The notes beneath the pieces were generated by a model. The model was not told the DNA's origin. It saw nothing but the letters and a program-made list of their open reading frames with translations, and searched no databases. A stretch of 64,000 nucleotides of DNA from Catajapyx aquilonaris. Its lineage: Eukaryota. The translations under genes were made by a program, and so were the position numbers. The DNA lies in the NCBI GenBank assembly GCA_000934665.2, contig JYFJ02000319.1, forward strand, positions 62,001 to 126,000. The letters run 5' to 3'. Below are positions 24,901 through 39,600 of this stretch, piece after piece. Position 1 is the first letter of the stretch; every line of letters starts with the position of its first letter.

Positions 24901-27900
24901 CATGAAGCACAAGGAGGAAGATGCACACTTGCTGAAGGAAATGCTAACCAAAAACATTTACATCAACATCAGGACATATGAAGAGAATGCACTAATTCTG
25001 TATGCCAATGACAATCTCAACAACTTCGTACAACTACACGTTCAAGAAGGGCGTAAAGTGGTCTTCACTTTCAACAATGGTCGTGAGATCAGAGATATCT
25101 TCGTGGACTACTATGGTGAGTATGTTTTCTAAAGGCAGAATTCTTCAACCATTGTCATGGGAATAAGTGGTATCAGAGCCCAGGTAAAAGTAAAATCCAA
25201 AATATATCATTATGTACATGTTTTCACTGGCTGTGAGCTGTCACCTGCTCATGTCACTACTACCAGAGAGAGCATGATTAGAAAATTTAATCTGTGCTGT
25301 GAATGCAAAATGAGACAAGAACTTCTTGAAAATGAATGCAGCAATTCATATAATTACTCCTGCTCCGACACTATAATTGCCACTGAATATAGGACAATCA
25401 ACAAGTCATGCTTCCAAGGCGAGAGGAGTCCAGAGAGTGGTCAGCATGGCTAAGGCCAGGCCAAAGTGTCATCTCACATTATTTTTCTTCCAGAATGTAT
25501 TGTACCATAATGGCACTGGAATCTTGGGAAACTTTTAAACTGTTCATTCTAATGTACTGTAACAGAATTCATAAATTGCATTCACATCAGTGTAAATTTC
25601 ACACATGCTAATGAGTTAGGATGGCTCCATGATTGCAAGAAGAGGTGAAGGGCACAGTGAGATGGATTGTGCCATCAGTTCTCATACAGGGAGTACCACT
25701 TTGTCCCAAAAAGAGCGCCTTAAATGTCGACCTATGTGACAACTGCATAATGAATTAGGTTACAAGAATATCGTACTTCCTATTGCCTGATATCATTTAT
25801 GAAATTACTCAAATATTCTCTCTCAAAATATATATATATATATATATTTTTTATATTTACCTGATATATATTTTCATAGGTTTGAATCATGGACGGTCTA
25901 TCCAGATTGCAGTGGAAAGGACATCAACCACCATCACCTTACATGTTAACAACAAGTCCAAAGTGATACATGCTCCACTAAATTTGCTCATGGATTTCAT
26001 TCGCAAGCCATGGGTCAATCCTGGAAAAGGTGCATACCTGTGAAAAAGTGTTTGTAACACATTCTGTCATTTTGTTACTCTCCTTCAGAGACATTCTATC
26101 CTCCTCGACCATTTGCGGCTCCATCCGAATACTACCAGGTGTACATTGGAGGCTATGACAATGAAGGCTTACAGCTGAAGAGTAACAATTCCAAAATCCA
26201 AGGTTTTATGGGCTGCCTTCGAGGTCTGAAAGTGGATCAAACTCCAATGCAGCTGCAAGGATCTAAAGAAATGGCACAAAGGAGAGGTAAATATGCAAGT
26301 AAAACTTAAAACTAACATGTGATATTAACTATACATACGGCATGGTCATCACACTTCTCCAGCAACTATGAATATTGTGAATAAACCACACGGTACTGGG
26401 CGGCTTGTTCACCAGGTTCAGGAAAATATGCTCGGTAGGGAGGTAACACAGTAACGATATAGCAGCTGTGTCCTTGTCACCACGTATTCTTTAGTTCACT
26501 CTGTTACTGCTTCTTCCTCACAATGTATTGTCGAAGTATATTTTGCTAGCCTGCACCTGTAGGTAGATTCAGTGTTTATTTCAGAACTGTGTATTCACTG
26601 GGCACATTTCTTGTTATTTTTGAACTGGTGCACTGTCTTTCAGATGTGCCTGGAATAATTGAAGGTTGCAACATGGTATGTGACACTGAACCATGCAAAA
26701 ATGGAGGCCTCTGCATTGAGGACTTCAACAACAAGGTGTATGTGTGTGATTGTGAATACACCAGCTATGTTGGCCAGCACTGTCAAATAGGTTAGTAAAA
26801 AAATTTACGATTACCATAACATTATTTTACTAAAATTATCGCAACATGACAATAACTTGACCAACTCAGATTATTATGCAAGTACCATACTGTACAGTGA
26901 AACCTGTCCATTATGATGTTACCATATTGTGAAAAAATTATATAAACGGCCTGGTATACGTTATAAATAGTTTTACCCTATCTGATGAATGTTGTAACCC
27001 ACAGAAAAAGGAGCATCATTTGATGGTGATGCTCTGATCCATCGCCGCTTCCCACTGGAAGGGTCTGTGCAGGAAGTGAAGTACCAGCTGGCATTTTCAT
27101 GCCATGAAAGAAGGAACGCCAACACTGGTCTGTTGCTGGCCCAAACACAAAATATGTATGTCATCATCTCATCAGAACATACCATTAAGATCACTTATCT
27201 GCATTTATCTGTCCTTCCAGACGGACCTATTACTTCTTGGTGGTTTTAACTTACGATGGCCACCTCAGAATCCAGGAGGACAGAGAGAATGGGTTTGTGT
27301 ATGGAGCCGTTGTTTCCAATAAAAACTTTTTTGATGGTGCCAGGCACTCCATCTACTATAAGCGGCATCTTGAGAAGGCCACACTTTTGGTAAACAGTTA
27401 CGATACATACTCATAAACAATTAGTCATTGGATTGCTCTTCCAGGTGGACCAAGGCGAAGTTTCAATTGCACAACTGCATGCATCAGAAGGTGCAGACAA
27501 GCTGGCATACTATCCACAATATGTTGATGAGTTACAGGTTGGAGGCATTAAAACAGAGGATCCCAGATTTATCGACCATGCCTACTTCAAAGGATGCTTG
27601 TCAAGTAATGTTAAGCTTATTATATACAATAAGCAGTAATGTGATGTAACGTGGTCTGAATTTTCAGATGTTTATGTGAAGATTAATGGCATAGAAATGA
27701 AACCTTTGGATGAATACATGGGCTTCATAAAAATCGACCCAGACAAGATTAATGTGGTTAACTCTAATGGCATTAAGCTGGAAGAGTGTGCAGCATTTGA
27801 TACAGGTGGTATCTTTATTCCCCCTGAGAATGAAAGCCAGGTTATTGGACCTGAGTGGTATGTGGAGCCACCACAAAGAGTCCCTTACAAGAGCACTTAT

Positions 27901-30112
27901 GTCATGCCAGTTGTTTATAATGCGGAGACAGAGCGAAGTAAGTTAACTCATTCTTTCCAATGGAAGTGAAAACATTACACAAAAGAAAAACTAATGATTT
28001 TTTAAAAATATTCAAGATTTGTTGCTGTACAATGCATCTAATGCATAATTTTATGCTGGGTGTCAATATGATTGCAAAGCAAAACTAAAAATGACCTCAA
28101 AACCAGTTTATAATACACATATTTGGATTACACCATTGCAATGATACAAAGATTCATAGTTTTGTCAGGAAACCTGGGATGCCCACACATTAAATTAAAG
28201 ACCCACATAACATTAATTATAACCAAATGTGAGAATTTGTTTAAAAAGTCTGTTAATATTGCAATGACATATATTCCAGATGTGCATGATTAACCAACAT
28301 TATGATAATAATTTTTAGTCTTGGGTTGCAATCATCCACATACCTTGTGTCATATTGCAGTGCTAAACATTACAGTTAAAATCACTTACACAGTTTAAAA
28401 AAAATTATTATACTTTCAGTACATGGCACATATTGTTTTCACTTCCAAAGCCACATTGGCAATATTAAAATGCAAGGTTGATTCAAGTCAAGTGAACGAA
28501 TGAATCAGTAAATTGCAAAAAAAACATGAGTTGAAAAATCAAGAGACACATGTCAGATGTTTCCCAACCAACCCACTCATCATTTAATTGCCATCAGAGC
28601 AACATTTGCACCAACAGTGACAGCATATTACACCTTATCAAGGGATACTGTATGCTGCCAGTGGTGTTAACTCTTGAGGAGACAGGAAGTTATTCGATAG
28701 GTTGGCACTAAACGTACCAATGCCAGCCTGCAATATGCATTGAAGCATGCAGGCCCCAAACCATAATTTATAAGCAATTTCATGTCACAGCCAATATGTC
28801 AGCGAAGTTGACAGAGATGCAAGTATGTATCTCCTGCTCCTGGTAATATTTCCTTACAAACATTATATCCGAGAATAACAGGCCAACAACTAATATGCAC
28901 TGGCACCCCATTTGCTGGGAAGGTTGGATGTCAGACTAGTCTGTTGCCTCCAGATTCCTCATCTTGTATTTATTCAGAGTACGGCTTTTTGTCTGAAGGA
29001 CAAAATATGGCTAACTATCGTATGTCATTTTCACTTGAATCACCCTTGCACTTCATTCCTCCAACACCAATGTTACTACGTCTATTAATTTCAGCTGTTT
29101 TCACCGTCATGGTTATATTTTTCTTGGTGGTCGTGTTCTCAATGATTGCATACATGTACCGGGTTCACAAGATGTCTAAAAAGAGAGCATATGATGAAGA
29201 AGATGATGAAGCCTATTACAGACAGCGAGGTCATTCAATGCACTACCATGATACCACAATGAATTCAGGCATTCAGTACATTGGATACAAGCCGGTAATT
29301 CTAAGCCCATAAGCCCATAAGGGAACAGTCATTAATTGTGTTCCTTCCAACCAGACTGATATTGAAGTTAAATTAAACAATCTGGATGAAGGAACAGAGC
29401 AGCTGAAGCCACTGACAAAGCACGAGTACACTCCTGCTCTGCATACTCCAGATGACCCTAATGTCAATGCACATTCCCTCCCACTGGAGGAGAAAGAAGA
29501 TAACATGCACAATGAAAAGAAGGCCAAAGGTATATCTGTGTCATGTACACAATAATTCCAAAGCAAGGCTGTAATTATAAACAGTAATTTCAATTGCTTC
29601 CTCCAGATCCAGACTGGGATCCTTCCAACGACCCTTCTGACCTCATAACTGGCGTATGTATCCCATCCCCAACATAAAAGTGTGTCACTCGCAATGTTTG
29701 TGCCCCTGTCAATGTTTGTGCCCCTCTCAATATCTGAACTCCTTACTGCTTAGTCTGCTGGCGACCTGCGACGACAAGACACCAAAGAAGACAACAAGTC
29801 CATCAGCTCCCAAGACACTGACCCAGCCCCGTTAGACAAAGACACTCTGGTAAGGGAACAGCCTGGGATTGCATTGGTGGCAAATACTAGAAAATCTGGT
29901 TTGGCAAAGCATGGGGTAGCACATTTTTTTGAAAAAAACATTTATCAATGTGATGCACACATCAGCAGAAGTAAAATCTCACAGTATTTTCTCCCCTTCC
30001 CTCCCTGGGTTCTTCCCCATTGCAGGGAAGCGACATGCAGATTGATGGACACAAACCATTCACTTATGACGATATGGGCAGCTTAGAATTTATGACCACT
30101 CCTTACGCCTGA
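12914..30112 (+). CDS. axo: Axotactin-like neurexin-superfamily protein (signal peptide, Kunitz, LamG/EGF repeats, fibrinogen-like module, TM, cytoplasmic tail), about 1881 aa
   Basis: Phase-consistent GT-AG exons: 12914-12986, 20272-20442 (Kunitz CMLPADPGVCR..YGGCQGNKNRF..C), 20520-20685, 20959-21480, 21534-21649, 21740-21846, 21924-22385, 22448-22615, 22679-22931, 23005-23235, 23294-23469 (YKIDIDGNGP, Caspr-type fibrinogen-like), 23524-23758, 23822-24016, 24073-24469, 24526-24773, 24840-25115, 25880-26029, 26089-26286, 26644-26790, 27005-27155, 27221-27389, 27445-27604, 27668-27937, 29095-29294 (TM), 29355-29529, 29607-29653, 29754-29849, 30026-30112 (ends TTPYA*). Total 5646 nt, in frame. 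Kunitz plus LamG/EGF/FBG is the axotactin architecture. AATAAA at 30804. Confidence 0.88.
13365..13489. mobile_element. Tourist-like (PIF/Harbinger) MITE, copy 2
   Basis: 125 bp with GGGCCGGTTTCACC...GGTGAAACCGGCCC TIRs and a perfect TTA target-site duplication (13362-13364, 13490-13492). Opposite orientation to 2669-2795. Confidence 0.9.
15700..19649 (-). CDS. UBN1: Ubinuclein / yemanuclein (HIRA histone H3.3 chaperone complex subunit), about 1163 aa
   Basis: join(complement 16582-19649, 15700-16123), with an AG|GTCAGT donor and CACAG acceptor, phase 2. N-terminus MGEPRRVSL..CPEFSYAELV; Hpc2-related/HUN motif GYDENDTFIDN..YDEIVP..HGGFYINSGALEF; middle domain FSHLAHYLPCTKDTLLKRAKKL..PLWP. 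Invertebrate co-orthologue of UBN1/UBN2 (fly yem). Confidence 0.92.
19900..20115 (-). promoter_or_regulatory. CpG-rich ubinuclein promoter / 5' region
   Basis: CpG-rich stretch upstream of the UBN ATG with a YY1-like GCCATCTT (19942), CRE-like TGACGTAA (19957), a long G-tract (20046-20090) and an E2F-like TTTCGCGG (20103). Short motifs only. Confidence 0.5.
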
Positions 30113-31318
30113 TCCTCCAAAGCAACCACAAAGCCAGTGCCATGGAAACGCACACAAAGAAAAACTACCAATACAGCACATAACCTACAGATCCTGCTTG
30201 ATAGTGGTTTACCTACATGGTACTTAATGAAAGCCCAGCAAATAGACAATCTGGTGTTGCAATGGTTATGGAGCATGATTGACATGTACTAATATTGTCA
30301 CCGTGTAGTGCCAAGATAACCCATGTATGAATTTCTCTGTCAACGCCAAGCATATCTTCTCAGCAACGCATTGACAGTGAATTTCAGCAGCGCTTTATGT
30401 TCTGTATGTTACAAGGTGTATTGGGTTGTATTGGGTTGTATTTTAGTCTTCCTGCAGCTGAACAGCATTTATAAAGAGTATTGTTTATCACAACATATTG
30501 CCAATTTTTGCATCAAAGTGTCACGTTCTCCTGATGACCTCATTATGCTCGTTAGGCTCGGAGCCAGCCAAACGATGGGGAGAAAGGGATCTCTCCAATT
30601 AAGGAAGAAGATTCATTGAATGGTGTAGCAAACCAAGGTTAGATATCCTCTTTTTTCTTCTAACATTCCTCACAACCTCTGGCAGACCAAAGCATTGTGC
30701 CAAAGGCAGTATTAGTCATATGAAAGTATTCCTTTAGAAGTGTTACTTTCTAATCTCATTAGCAGTTCACATGTACGTAGCAGTATTGTTACATTTCTTG
30801 CGAAATAAAATAGTTATTTTGTTTTCCTATTGCCTGCTTTGTTATTTTAGTCATAGGCTGGTACAATGAATGCCACAAATATATTCATTGTAGGCATGCT
30901 AAAACTCAAACAGTTGAAAAAGACAAGCTCATCACGCAATGAGAGGTGATTCAAAGGAACTAAAGGACTTGGGCATTTTCTAAGATCTGAGGGCCAGGCA
31001 GACTCAAATGTAAGTCTCATGGCACATTGAACAATGAAAATTCAGAGTGTTTGGTTCTACCTGGCAGAAATTCAGTAAAGAATCAAGTCTACTCCCAGGG
31101 GTGACTCCTATTCAATACAAATGTTAAAATAATAGGCCAGATTGCATAATGCCAGCATCAGCATGCATGAGACCAGTTATAGGTGCCGTTCTGGTACTGG
31201 TATTTTCATGATAACAGAATATTCCAGAAGCAAATGTATACTGATGTAAGATTTTTATTTCTAAAAGAAATAAAAAAAAGTCAGACTTCACAGATACGTA
31301 AAAACCATTTTCACACAG

Positions 31319-31461
31319 TCACATCGTCTGACGCACCTTTTTCGTCTGAAACATGATTTTATTGGGTACATCAGGCAAGGTGTCATTGGAAGCAAGCAAG
31401 ATGTCGTCAGGTTAAATATCACTGGTGTCTGCCTTCAGACGAAAAGTGCCTAGGCAGAGTG
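31319..31461. mobile_element. Small degenerate inverted-repeat element (MITE-like)
   Basis: Inverted arms GCACCTTTTTCGTCTGAA and TTCAGACGAAAAGTGC about 85 nt apart. Ends and TSD are unclear. Confidence 0.4.
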
Positions 31462-33646
31462 GTACAATAACTGTTATGATAGTTCTCAGCGAAAATTTGG
31501 AAAGAGCATTTCCCTAGTCATAGTCCCGGTTTACCAACCCTCCGGAAATGAGGACATGGAAGAGGACGGTACAAAAAAAGTTCCCCCAACAGTCACGGCT
31601 ACATAATCCTGTAGCAGGAACGATGCACACATAATTTCCACATTAATTGCAAAAATAATACAATAATATTTGCATCAGTTTGCCTGTACAAAAAATGCAT
31701 GGGACGGACAAGAGAGAATGAATCAGGTGGATTGCAGCAAGTAAGGATTGTAGAACAAAATGAAATGTGACACCTTGTCATGGGCTGGGAGTTTGAGTTG
31801 GATGAAATTGGGGAAGCCATGAAATGAAGTCAGGTGAGCAGAAGGGGGTACAGCACAGTTGCACAAGTACTGAGGTCATACTTTGCTCAATCTTGCCTGA
31901 TTTAATATTAGCATGACTTGAACATCCTATTTTCGTGAGTTATTAATTGTCTGGTTATTATCATTCAGTGAGCATTTACTACACTCACAACAGAGATAAC
32001 TTGAACTCGATATTTTGTCATTTCAGCCATGCATTCATTGTACCCACCTGAGAGAGGTTTATTTTTTTATAGCAAGGTCTGCAGTAGTTTGTGTGATTAT
32101 GCATTATTTGGTTAGATTATTTTGCTACAAAAGTAGGTGACTTCAGTTTCCAATCAGAGACTTTCAATGGATTGATCTAGCATGCTTCCACTTTACAATT
32201 CCAGCCAATGGTGTGCCTTCAAAACCAAGACCTTCCAAACCACAGCTGCCACCTATGTTCCTGCCAGGAGGCCAGCGAACTTATGGTAATCCCATCAGCT
32301 ACTTGGGCGGTCCCAGGCTGCAGAGTCAGAGGGCAAGCAAGGAATCCATCGTGTCTCTGGATTAATTATCTGGGCAGAATTGAACATGCAAGTTCTTTGC
32401 ATGTGGTCCTTTAGTCATATCTCACAGGGTAACTCAAGTCAAAGGAAAAAGAAAAAGATCTCCCTAAGAAATGGCCTTCAACTTATTTTGTGACATGTAG
32501 TTAACTTTTAACTTTGCCAGTTACATAATGGTCAATGTTATAGTGCAATGAAGCACTGTCACTTGGAGGCAGTCATACAATGTGGAATGCTACTTATTAA
32601 ATAAATTATGCTATGTTATAAATGTGTTATAAATGTAACTGTTGACATGGATCTCAATGAAAGATAGTTTCCTTTTCTCCTGACATACATACAACTTTAA
32701 AATGAAGCTATCAGCTTTGTTCATGATCCTTAGAGAAGCAACCCCAAGTACACACATGAACACTTAGCAAATTCAGGCTTGCTCCAATGCAGGAAGTAAA
32801 ATAATGTCATCTGTCCCAGTCATGCATTAGCCATCATGCTCTCAAAGTGTCATAATAACTGGTTCTTTTACATAGCCTGCAACATAACTGGCATTTTACC
32901 TAATAATACAGACACTTATGTACATAAATGAGGACATGCTGTCAAAAGTAGAACCCACAATTCCTGGACTTGAAAAATGCATGCTATTAATATTATTTGA
33001 CCAATGTTTCTTAAGCCAATAGTTCATTACTATTTCAATATTGTCAAGTTTTGATTAGCTGTACATATTTTGTGCATCTTGTAGAAGACATTAAGATCAA
33101 ATGTGCCGTGTACCTCAAATAAATGCAGATATACCTTCATATCCCCATTACCTGTCACAATTTCATTAGATAAATCATAAGGTGAAACATTGTTTAAAGA
33201 TTTTAATTTTACACACTGCTTTACAATCACACAAATTTAATGCCACCTGCTCGAGGAGACAAGTCACTTCAAATATTGACCACAGGTGTGAATACAGGGA
33301 TCAAAATATAATTCGATCTACAGGTCACTCCTATATTCAAATATGTATATAAAAAAAGAGATTTTCAAGATTCATTATATCTGCTACAATTCTTTACCAC
33401 AATGATTCATTTATATATGCTTTTTTTCACAATTCAGTGCCAGTTGGCACACACACGCACATTAATACACAAACTGAGAGCCCCCATTAAATTAAAACCC
33501 ATTGAATGTTGGCAGACCTGGATGCAAAAAAGTTCGGGTCATCATCACGCTCAATAAATAATCCAAAACTGACCTTACGAGCACTCACACACAACAACTG
33601 AACAGCTATGCTAGTGTACTGGAAGATGATAACATATGACCGCTGT

Positions 33647-36600
33647 TTAAGTAGTGCCTGCACTGGATTCCTTTTTTTCCTCTTCTGATGGCACGACCTT
33701 TTCTTCCTTTGGAGCTTCACCTGAGAAAAATAATTCATGTTATTAAAGCGTCCGATAGAATTTGAGAAAAGGGAGAACAAATCGCAGCATATGCACCAAA
33801 AATTTCACACACATTGGCAGCAAACAAAACCCTTGAAAATAATGTTGCATTACATGAAGTCATCAATTGTAACAACCATGCACTAACATAAAATTTCCAA
33901 GCACAAATCAATTTCTCTGCTTGGTATCAAAATCAATTAGGATATCAAAATTGCTTTCAGAAAACAGCTTACAATCCACAACCACAATACTGTGCAGGTT
34001 GTAGCAGGTACACAAATTAGCACAAAACTGCTGAAAGCAAACCTCAAATCATAAATCATTGCAATAACCTAAGTGTCATGAGAAAATTTACACTCTCACA
34101 TGGTAGCATGAAGGGTCTTTTCAACAACCTGCACAGCACAGCAATTACAGTATTTACAACACAACCACCAAACTACAAACATCACTGCACCTCCACAGCC
34201 AACCTGCTGCAGAGTGTAAAGTAATCCTATGCATCACCACATAAAAAAGCCTTGGGATAATTATAGTACAATCTAAGTACCCATAACAAACCATTAATTC
34301 CTTAATTCTTTCTTATATGCATGAACAAACTGCAACAAGGGACAGATCAAAACGTCCTACACACATTTTCCCTTTTCGTACCTGGTACAGAGAGGTACAT
34401 ACCTGCCTCATGACTTGGTAGGTTCAGCTTGGAAAAATTTAAAAGAAAGAGCATAAATATCTACATCTGTCCTCTTCAAAATTCCTTAACATCACCAATG
34501 GTATCGTCTACTGTTAATTATTTCTTATTGTATGCTCCTCCTCAAGTCACTAACTAACTACTGATATCACTCCAGAAACAACAGTGGATAAGCTGAAGTT
34601 GATGCTGGAGGAGAAAGGAATCAAGTTCAGAATTTCTAGCAATTAGAGGCACTCCATAGAAGTAGCTAGTATTATCATAATTCATTCTACAGGGTGGTAT
34701 TCTGCCCAAGTTGTTCCAAGTGTGACAACAGTAGGAAGGTGATGGATTAGTAACCTTTCACAATGTAAAGAAACCTGATGATAATCATGAACAATTACTC
34801 AATTGAAATTGCAGAATTTCCTTTAAAATGTTTTTTTTTGGTTCTTGATATTTTTGTATAATGGTCTATTGACTGCGCAATGAATGCATGGAAAGCTGAC
34901 AATATGATTAATCTTAAACAATTATCAAAGAATTCCACGTAATCAAAAATTTGCAAATGCACCAAAACGTTGCTTGCATTGGCAGTGACAGAGAACTAAT
35001 CCACCAATTTTTCACCCCTACCACACTTTGAACTGTCAGCTTGGTCAGTGTACCGCCTATATTATTACATCCAAATATTGCAACCTGCGACAATAGTCCA
35101 GTAAAATCTGCCAAACTCACTTATTTATGCATAAATAAAGTAAATTATCAGCATCAAGTACAGAAGTAACGATGGAACACAATTACGCATCGCCATATGC
35201 AGTTTTTAAATATAATTGGGAGACATTGTAAAAACTGGGTGTCCTCTGCTTATTTTTATTTTGTAAAGAAGCTTCACATGAGAGAAATAGTGAAAGGAGT
35301 TGATGTGAAAATGATTCCCTTTTCAGTCTTGGCAAGCTTGTAACCTATGCAGTAGTGTAACAGTTCTGGTGCAATAAGGGCATTGTGAATAACTGACTAT
35401 ACAATACTGTATACTGGGTGTTTCAGGTTTGTGGGTCACTTTTTGATAACTGATATCACCCGATAGCAGTTATTTTTATAGCTTCTTGTGCCCATAACCA
35501 TGTGCTCCATTTTATAGCAGTAGTTATAAAATGAGGTACAACAAGCTACAGAAAATAACTGCTATTGGGCAATATCAGTTATCAAAAAGTGACCGAACCT
35601 AGAACATCGTATATTGCTACTTGAAAGTTATACTTTCACATATACAGTCTGAATGCTTTATAAAGATGGTGCAACTTTCAAGCAATGATTATGTTCCCAT
35701 TGCCTATCCTTCAAATATGCCTAGGTGTGATTGCATTGAAATATAAATAACTTAATAATAAAAAAATAAGAAGGGGCATGGTCTGATAGCAATTGTTATC
35801 CTCCCAATTTTCCCTCCTTCCCATCCCCATAGAAGCCAGAAATGTGATATAAAATGGATGTAAAGCATCATATCCGGACCCTGGACCTTCTCCCTCGACC
35901 TGCCCAACATTTTGTCCATACGTCCCTGTCATATTCCCCATAGCCCCCATTGCATGATACAACAAAAGTCTGTTCCCAGGTATCAAAACAACTTATCCTC
36001 ATATATGTGTGTGTATGACATGGATATTTAATTGGATGAAAGTAATAATAATTTACAGACCACCTCTTCCCCATGTTGTCATTATCTCCTGATTATGTTC
36101 ATGTAAAGGGCAATGAATAACTTACACAGGGGAAGAACGATTCCTTGACCTGATCTAGCATTTGGTCCCCTCCCTCCCCTTGAGTTAAACCTAGTGTATG
36201 TGACGTTTCTTCAAAATAAATAATTAAAACATTGGCAATATGGTCTTATTCATCAAACACATTATCATCAGCATTTTAAAAAGGTAGGAGCTTTCCTGGA
36301 AAGGGAATGTAACCACTTACTTTTGTGATCCTCCTTGACAGGCTCTTCTCCTCCCTTCTTCTCATCCTGGCCTTCCCCTGCCTTCTCCCCACCTTTCTCT
36401 TCATTCTCGTCCGTCTTTGGCCTCTTCCTCCCTTTGTACGACCTTTGAAAAGGACTTTTTTAAGCAGGTATTTTTGCAAATTCATGAGTACACATTGTCA
36501 GCCAACATACCTGTGGTCTCTCCTTCCTCCTTCACCCTCATCCTCTGAATCGCTAAACTCATTATCAGGGGCCACCCGCTTGTCTGAGGCACGAATAGAA

Positions 36601-39600
36601 ACACGCTCATCAGGGTTGGCTTTGTCCTCATCATCAGACTCCTCATTTATCGCATCCTCAGGAATGGCTAGATAGTAAAACCAAAGTGAGTAAATATTTT
36701 GAAATCACTGTAAGAGTTCAGAGTACAAAATTCATGGAATAAAACATCTGAGGCACTTTTTATATGCAAACACAAGGAAACCTGTGTAAAATCGATCCTG
36801 GATCCAGTGGAAACACATCATTTACTAAACTTTTGTTTGGCCTTACTGGAGAACTTTCAATGTAAATCAGCTGCAGATAACTAAAACCCTTCAAGTCAAG
36901 AAAACATTATGGCAACATTGTGACTTACAGTGAATTTGCTCCACAGGTTTCATTGTATAATAAACAAGACAGTATTGAGTGTGATAACTAGCAACTTTAA
37001 AAGACATTATTCCCAGTTAGACTCTCTACCTGGTTCTTGAGTTCCATCAGTCATATTACAGAACTGAACCTGCAGAAGTGTAGAGTATGATCCTTACAAC
37101 TTACAACAATGTTATTACAGTATTAACAAATATCACTGACCTTGCATTTGTACTCCAGGTGCATGAGGTAGCATCCTCAGGTTCTCAAATAAACGGGTCC
37201 TGAAAATAAAAGCCACCCGTTAAAAACGTGCTAGCTGCTTGTGAAGATAGGAAAAAGATGTGTCACTTACTTAATCTTCTCCAAGTATTCTGGTGTATTC
37301 TGATTGGCCATGTTTGACGGGCTAATGTGCAACTTGAAGTCAGGTCCAAAGTATTCAAAGTAGTCATTGTAGGGCAGCTCATTGGCAATGTCTACCCCAA
37401 GAGCCACAGCTGTCTCATAGGTCCAGCAACGTGCCACATTGCGAATGGTGTATCCACCTCCTCCCAGGATGAGCAAGGGGACATTGTACTTTTTGACAAA
37501 CTCCACACACTTGGCATGCCCCTTAAGGGTGAGATTAAAGCATCCCAGACGATCTCCACTCAGGGAGTCTGCCCCACACTGGAGGACTATGGCACTGGGC
37601 TGATACGTCTCAATCACCTTAGACAGGATTGGCATGAAGATCAGCTCATAGCTATCATCATCAATACCATCTCGAAGTGGGAAGTTCACTGCATAATACT
37701 TGCCCTTGCCTGCCCCAATATCCTGAAAGATAAAAATACGTAATTAAATACAGCACAATGTTGCAACTTATTTTTCCATCAAATCATATGTCCCATTAAA
37801 TACATCCCTGACAAGAAAAATATGTACAAATTGAAATCTCAATAATGGTACATTTAACATTGTACTATAACAAAATGTAATGATTAACCCTCTGTGCGCT
37901 GGCCAACCTTGAGTGGTAATGGCTTTTCAATATATTGCAATTAGGGGGTGGGTATCTCGAAAAAGAGGAATTTCCCAATGGTTGGATTTGGTTTGCCGCC
38001 ACCAACAGCTGCTAGGGCAAGGTATCCACCATCTCTTGCTACCTGGCTAAATTCCCGAACTGCTGAACAAACAGCTGACACGGGATTGCGTGCCATCTAA
38101 CGTGTAAAGGGGCAAGCGCAGAAGATTTACTGGACACAATAGTGACTAGTCAGAAATTTGTTTTATGCCAAATTTTGCTCACAAAACAAATTCCTCTATT
38201 GTGAAAGTCCGGAAAATGAGCTTCTTTTCATAAGTATATATTGTTAACTTAATTAGCTTTAGAAATAACCTTGAATGCTTATCGGAATGCACCCAAGATG
38301 GATGTTCAATCTCACCACACAAGATTTTTTGGGTGAGTTGCGCATGTTTCGTTTGTGAATATGCGGTAAACCGCATTCATTTACACCTTACAGAAGTTCT
38401 TGGAATAGCATAGAATGGAGTCATTTTGTTACAACCACTGTGAGGTAATGAACTTAACCTATAATGTTTTTCACAGCACTAACTCACCCTGAGATCACCA
38501 GTTCCAGGGAAGTACTCCCCATACTTATGGAAAGAGACAGTCATGACCCTGTCAGTAGTGTAAAAGGCCTCCTCCACTCCATCCCCATGGTGAATGTCAA
38601 TGTCGATGTAGAGCACACGCTGGTGGTACTTGAGCAGTTCCAGAATGGCCAGGACAATGTCATTCACATAACAGAAGCCACTGGCCTCTGATTTCTTGGC
38701 ATGGTGAAGGCCCCCAGCCCAGTTCACAGCAATATCAGCTGCTTGCTTGTTCAGCTTCACGGCTCCTGCCACAGAGCCACCAGCTGACAGCTGGCAGAAC
38801 TCATACAAGCCATCAAACACCGGGCAGTCTTCTCCGACATTGACTGGAATAAAATTGGCCACAATATTAGGACTGGCTACAAGAGTTGCACTGGAAAATT
38901 ATTCACATACAATATTTTCAATGTTTTTCTGTGCCAAATGGCATTGACATGGGAGCAAACATGGCAGTTTGAATTCAGCCTAATATTAAAATGAACTTTT
39001 TTCTTGATCATGACTATTAAAGGGACACTGCATTCCATTTACAAGTTGCCCTTAAAAAATCAGGCAAAAAACATTGATTTTCTGAGGATACCATCAGTTT
39101 TTCTGATAACTGAAAAGTAACCCCAGGGCAAGATGTCAAAACCTGGATAAATTCATTGCCTGCTGCTGCCAGTTATCAGGTGGAGGGACAGCCAGCAATC
39201 CCAATGGCACTGTGGCAAAACCTCGTATTCTGCAGTGCTTTTGAACCTGCCTGCTTGTAGCATGCATGGCAATCCACTGTATAATTACCTGACCAATTAC
39301 CAAGGGGGATCTTCCTATAGGTGCTATAACAACACCCATGTTCCTTTCAGCAGATAATAGTACCCTGAAGCACCATACACACCAAATGCAGACAAAGGCC
39401 CTCCAGAATATGAGGTTTCACCACAGTACCCGCAGCATCGCTGACTGTCCCTCAACCTGACAACCGCCAGCAGCAGGCAACAAATTTTCTCGCCTTTGAC
39501 CTCTGCCCTGTGGTTACTCGTCCATTATTTTAAAAAAAACAACAACAACAGATCATGTCCTCCATATAATAACTTTTTGCCTAATTTTTAAAGAAAACCT

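Noticed and set aside
25168..25180. TGGTATCAGAGCC, the plant initiator-tRNA primer-binding site of LTR elements
   Set aside because: There is no LTR with TG...CA ends and no gag or pol nearby. An isolated 13-mer in an intron is best treated as chance.
25509..25521. Partial match to the 5' part of miR-263 (similar partial matches: miR-133 at 36161, miR-315 at 59254)
   Set aside because: Identity stops after 11-13 nt and there is no proper precursor hairpin on the expected arm.
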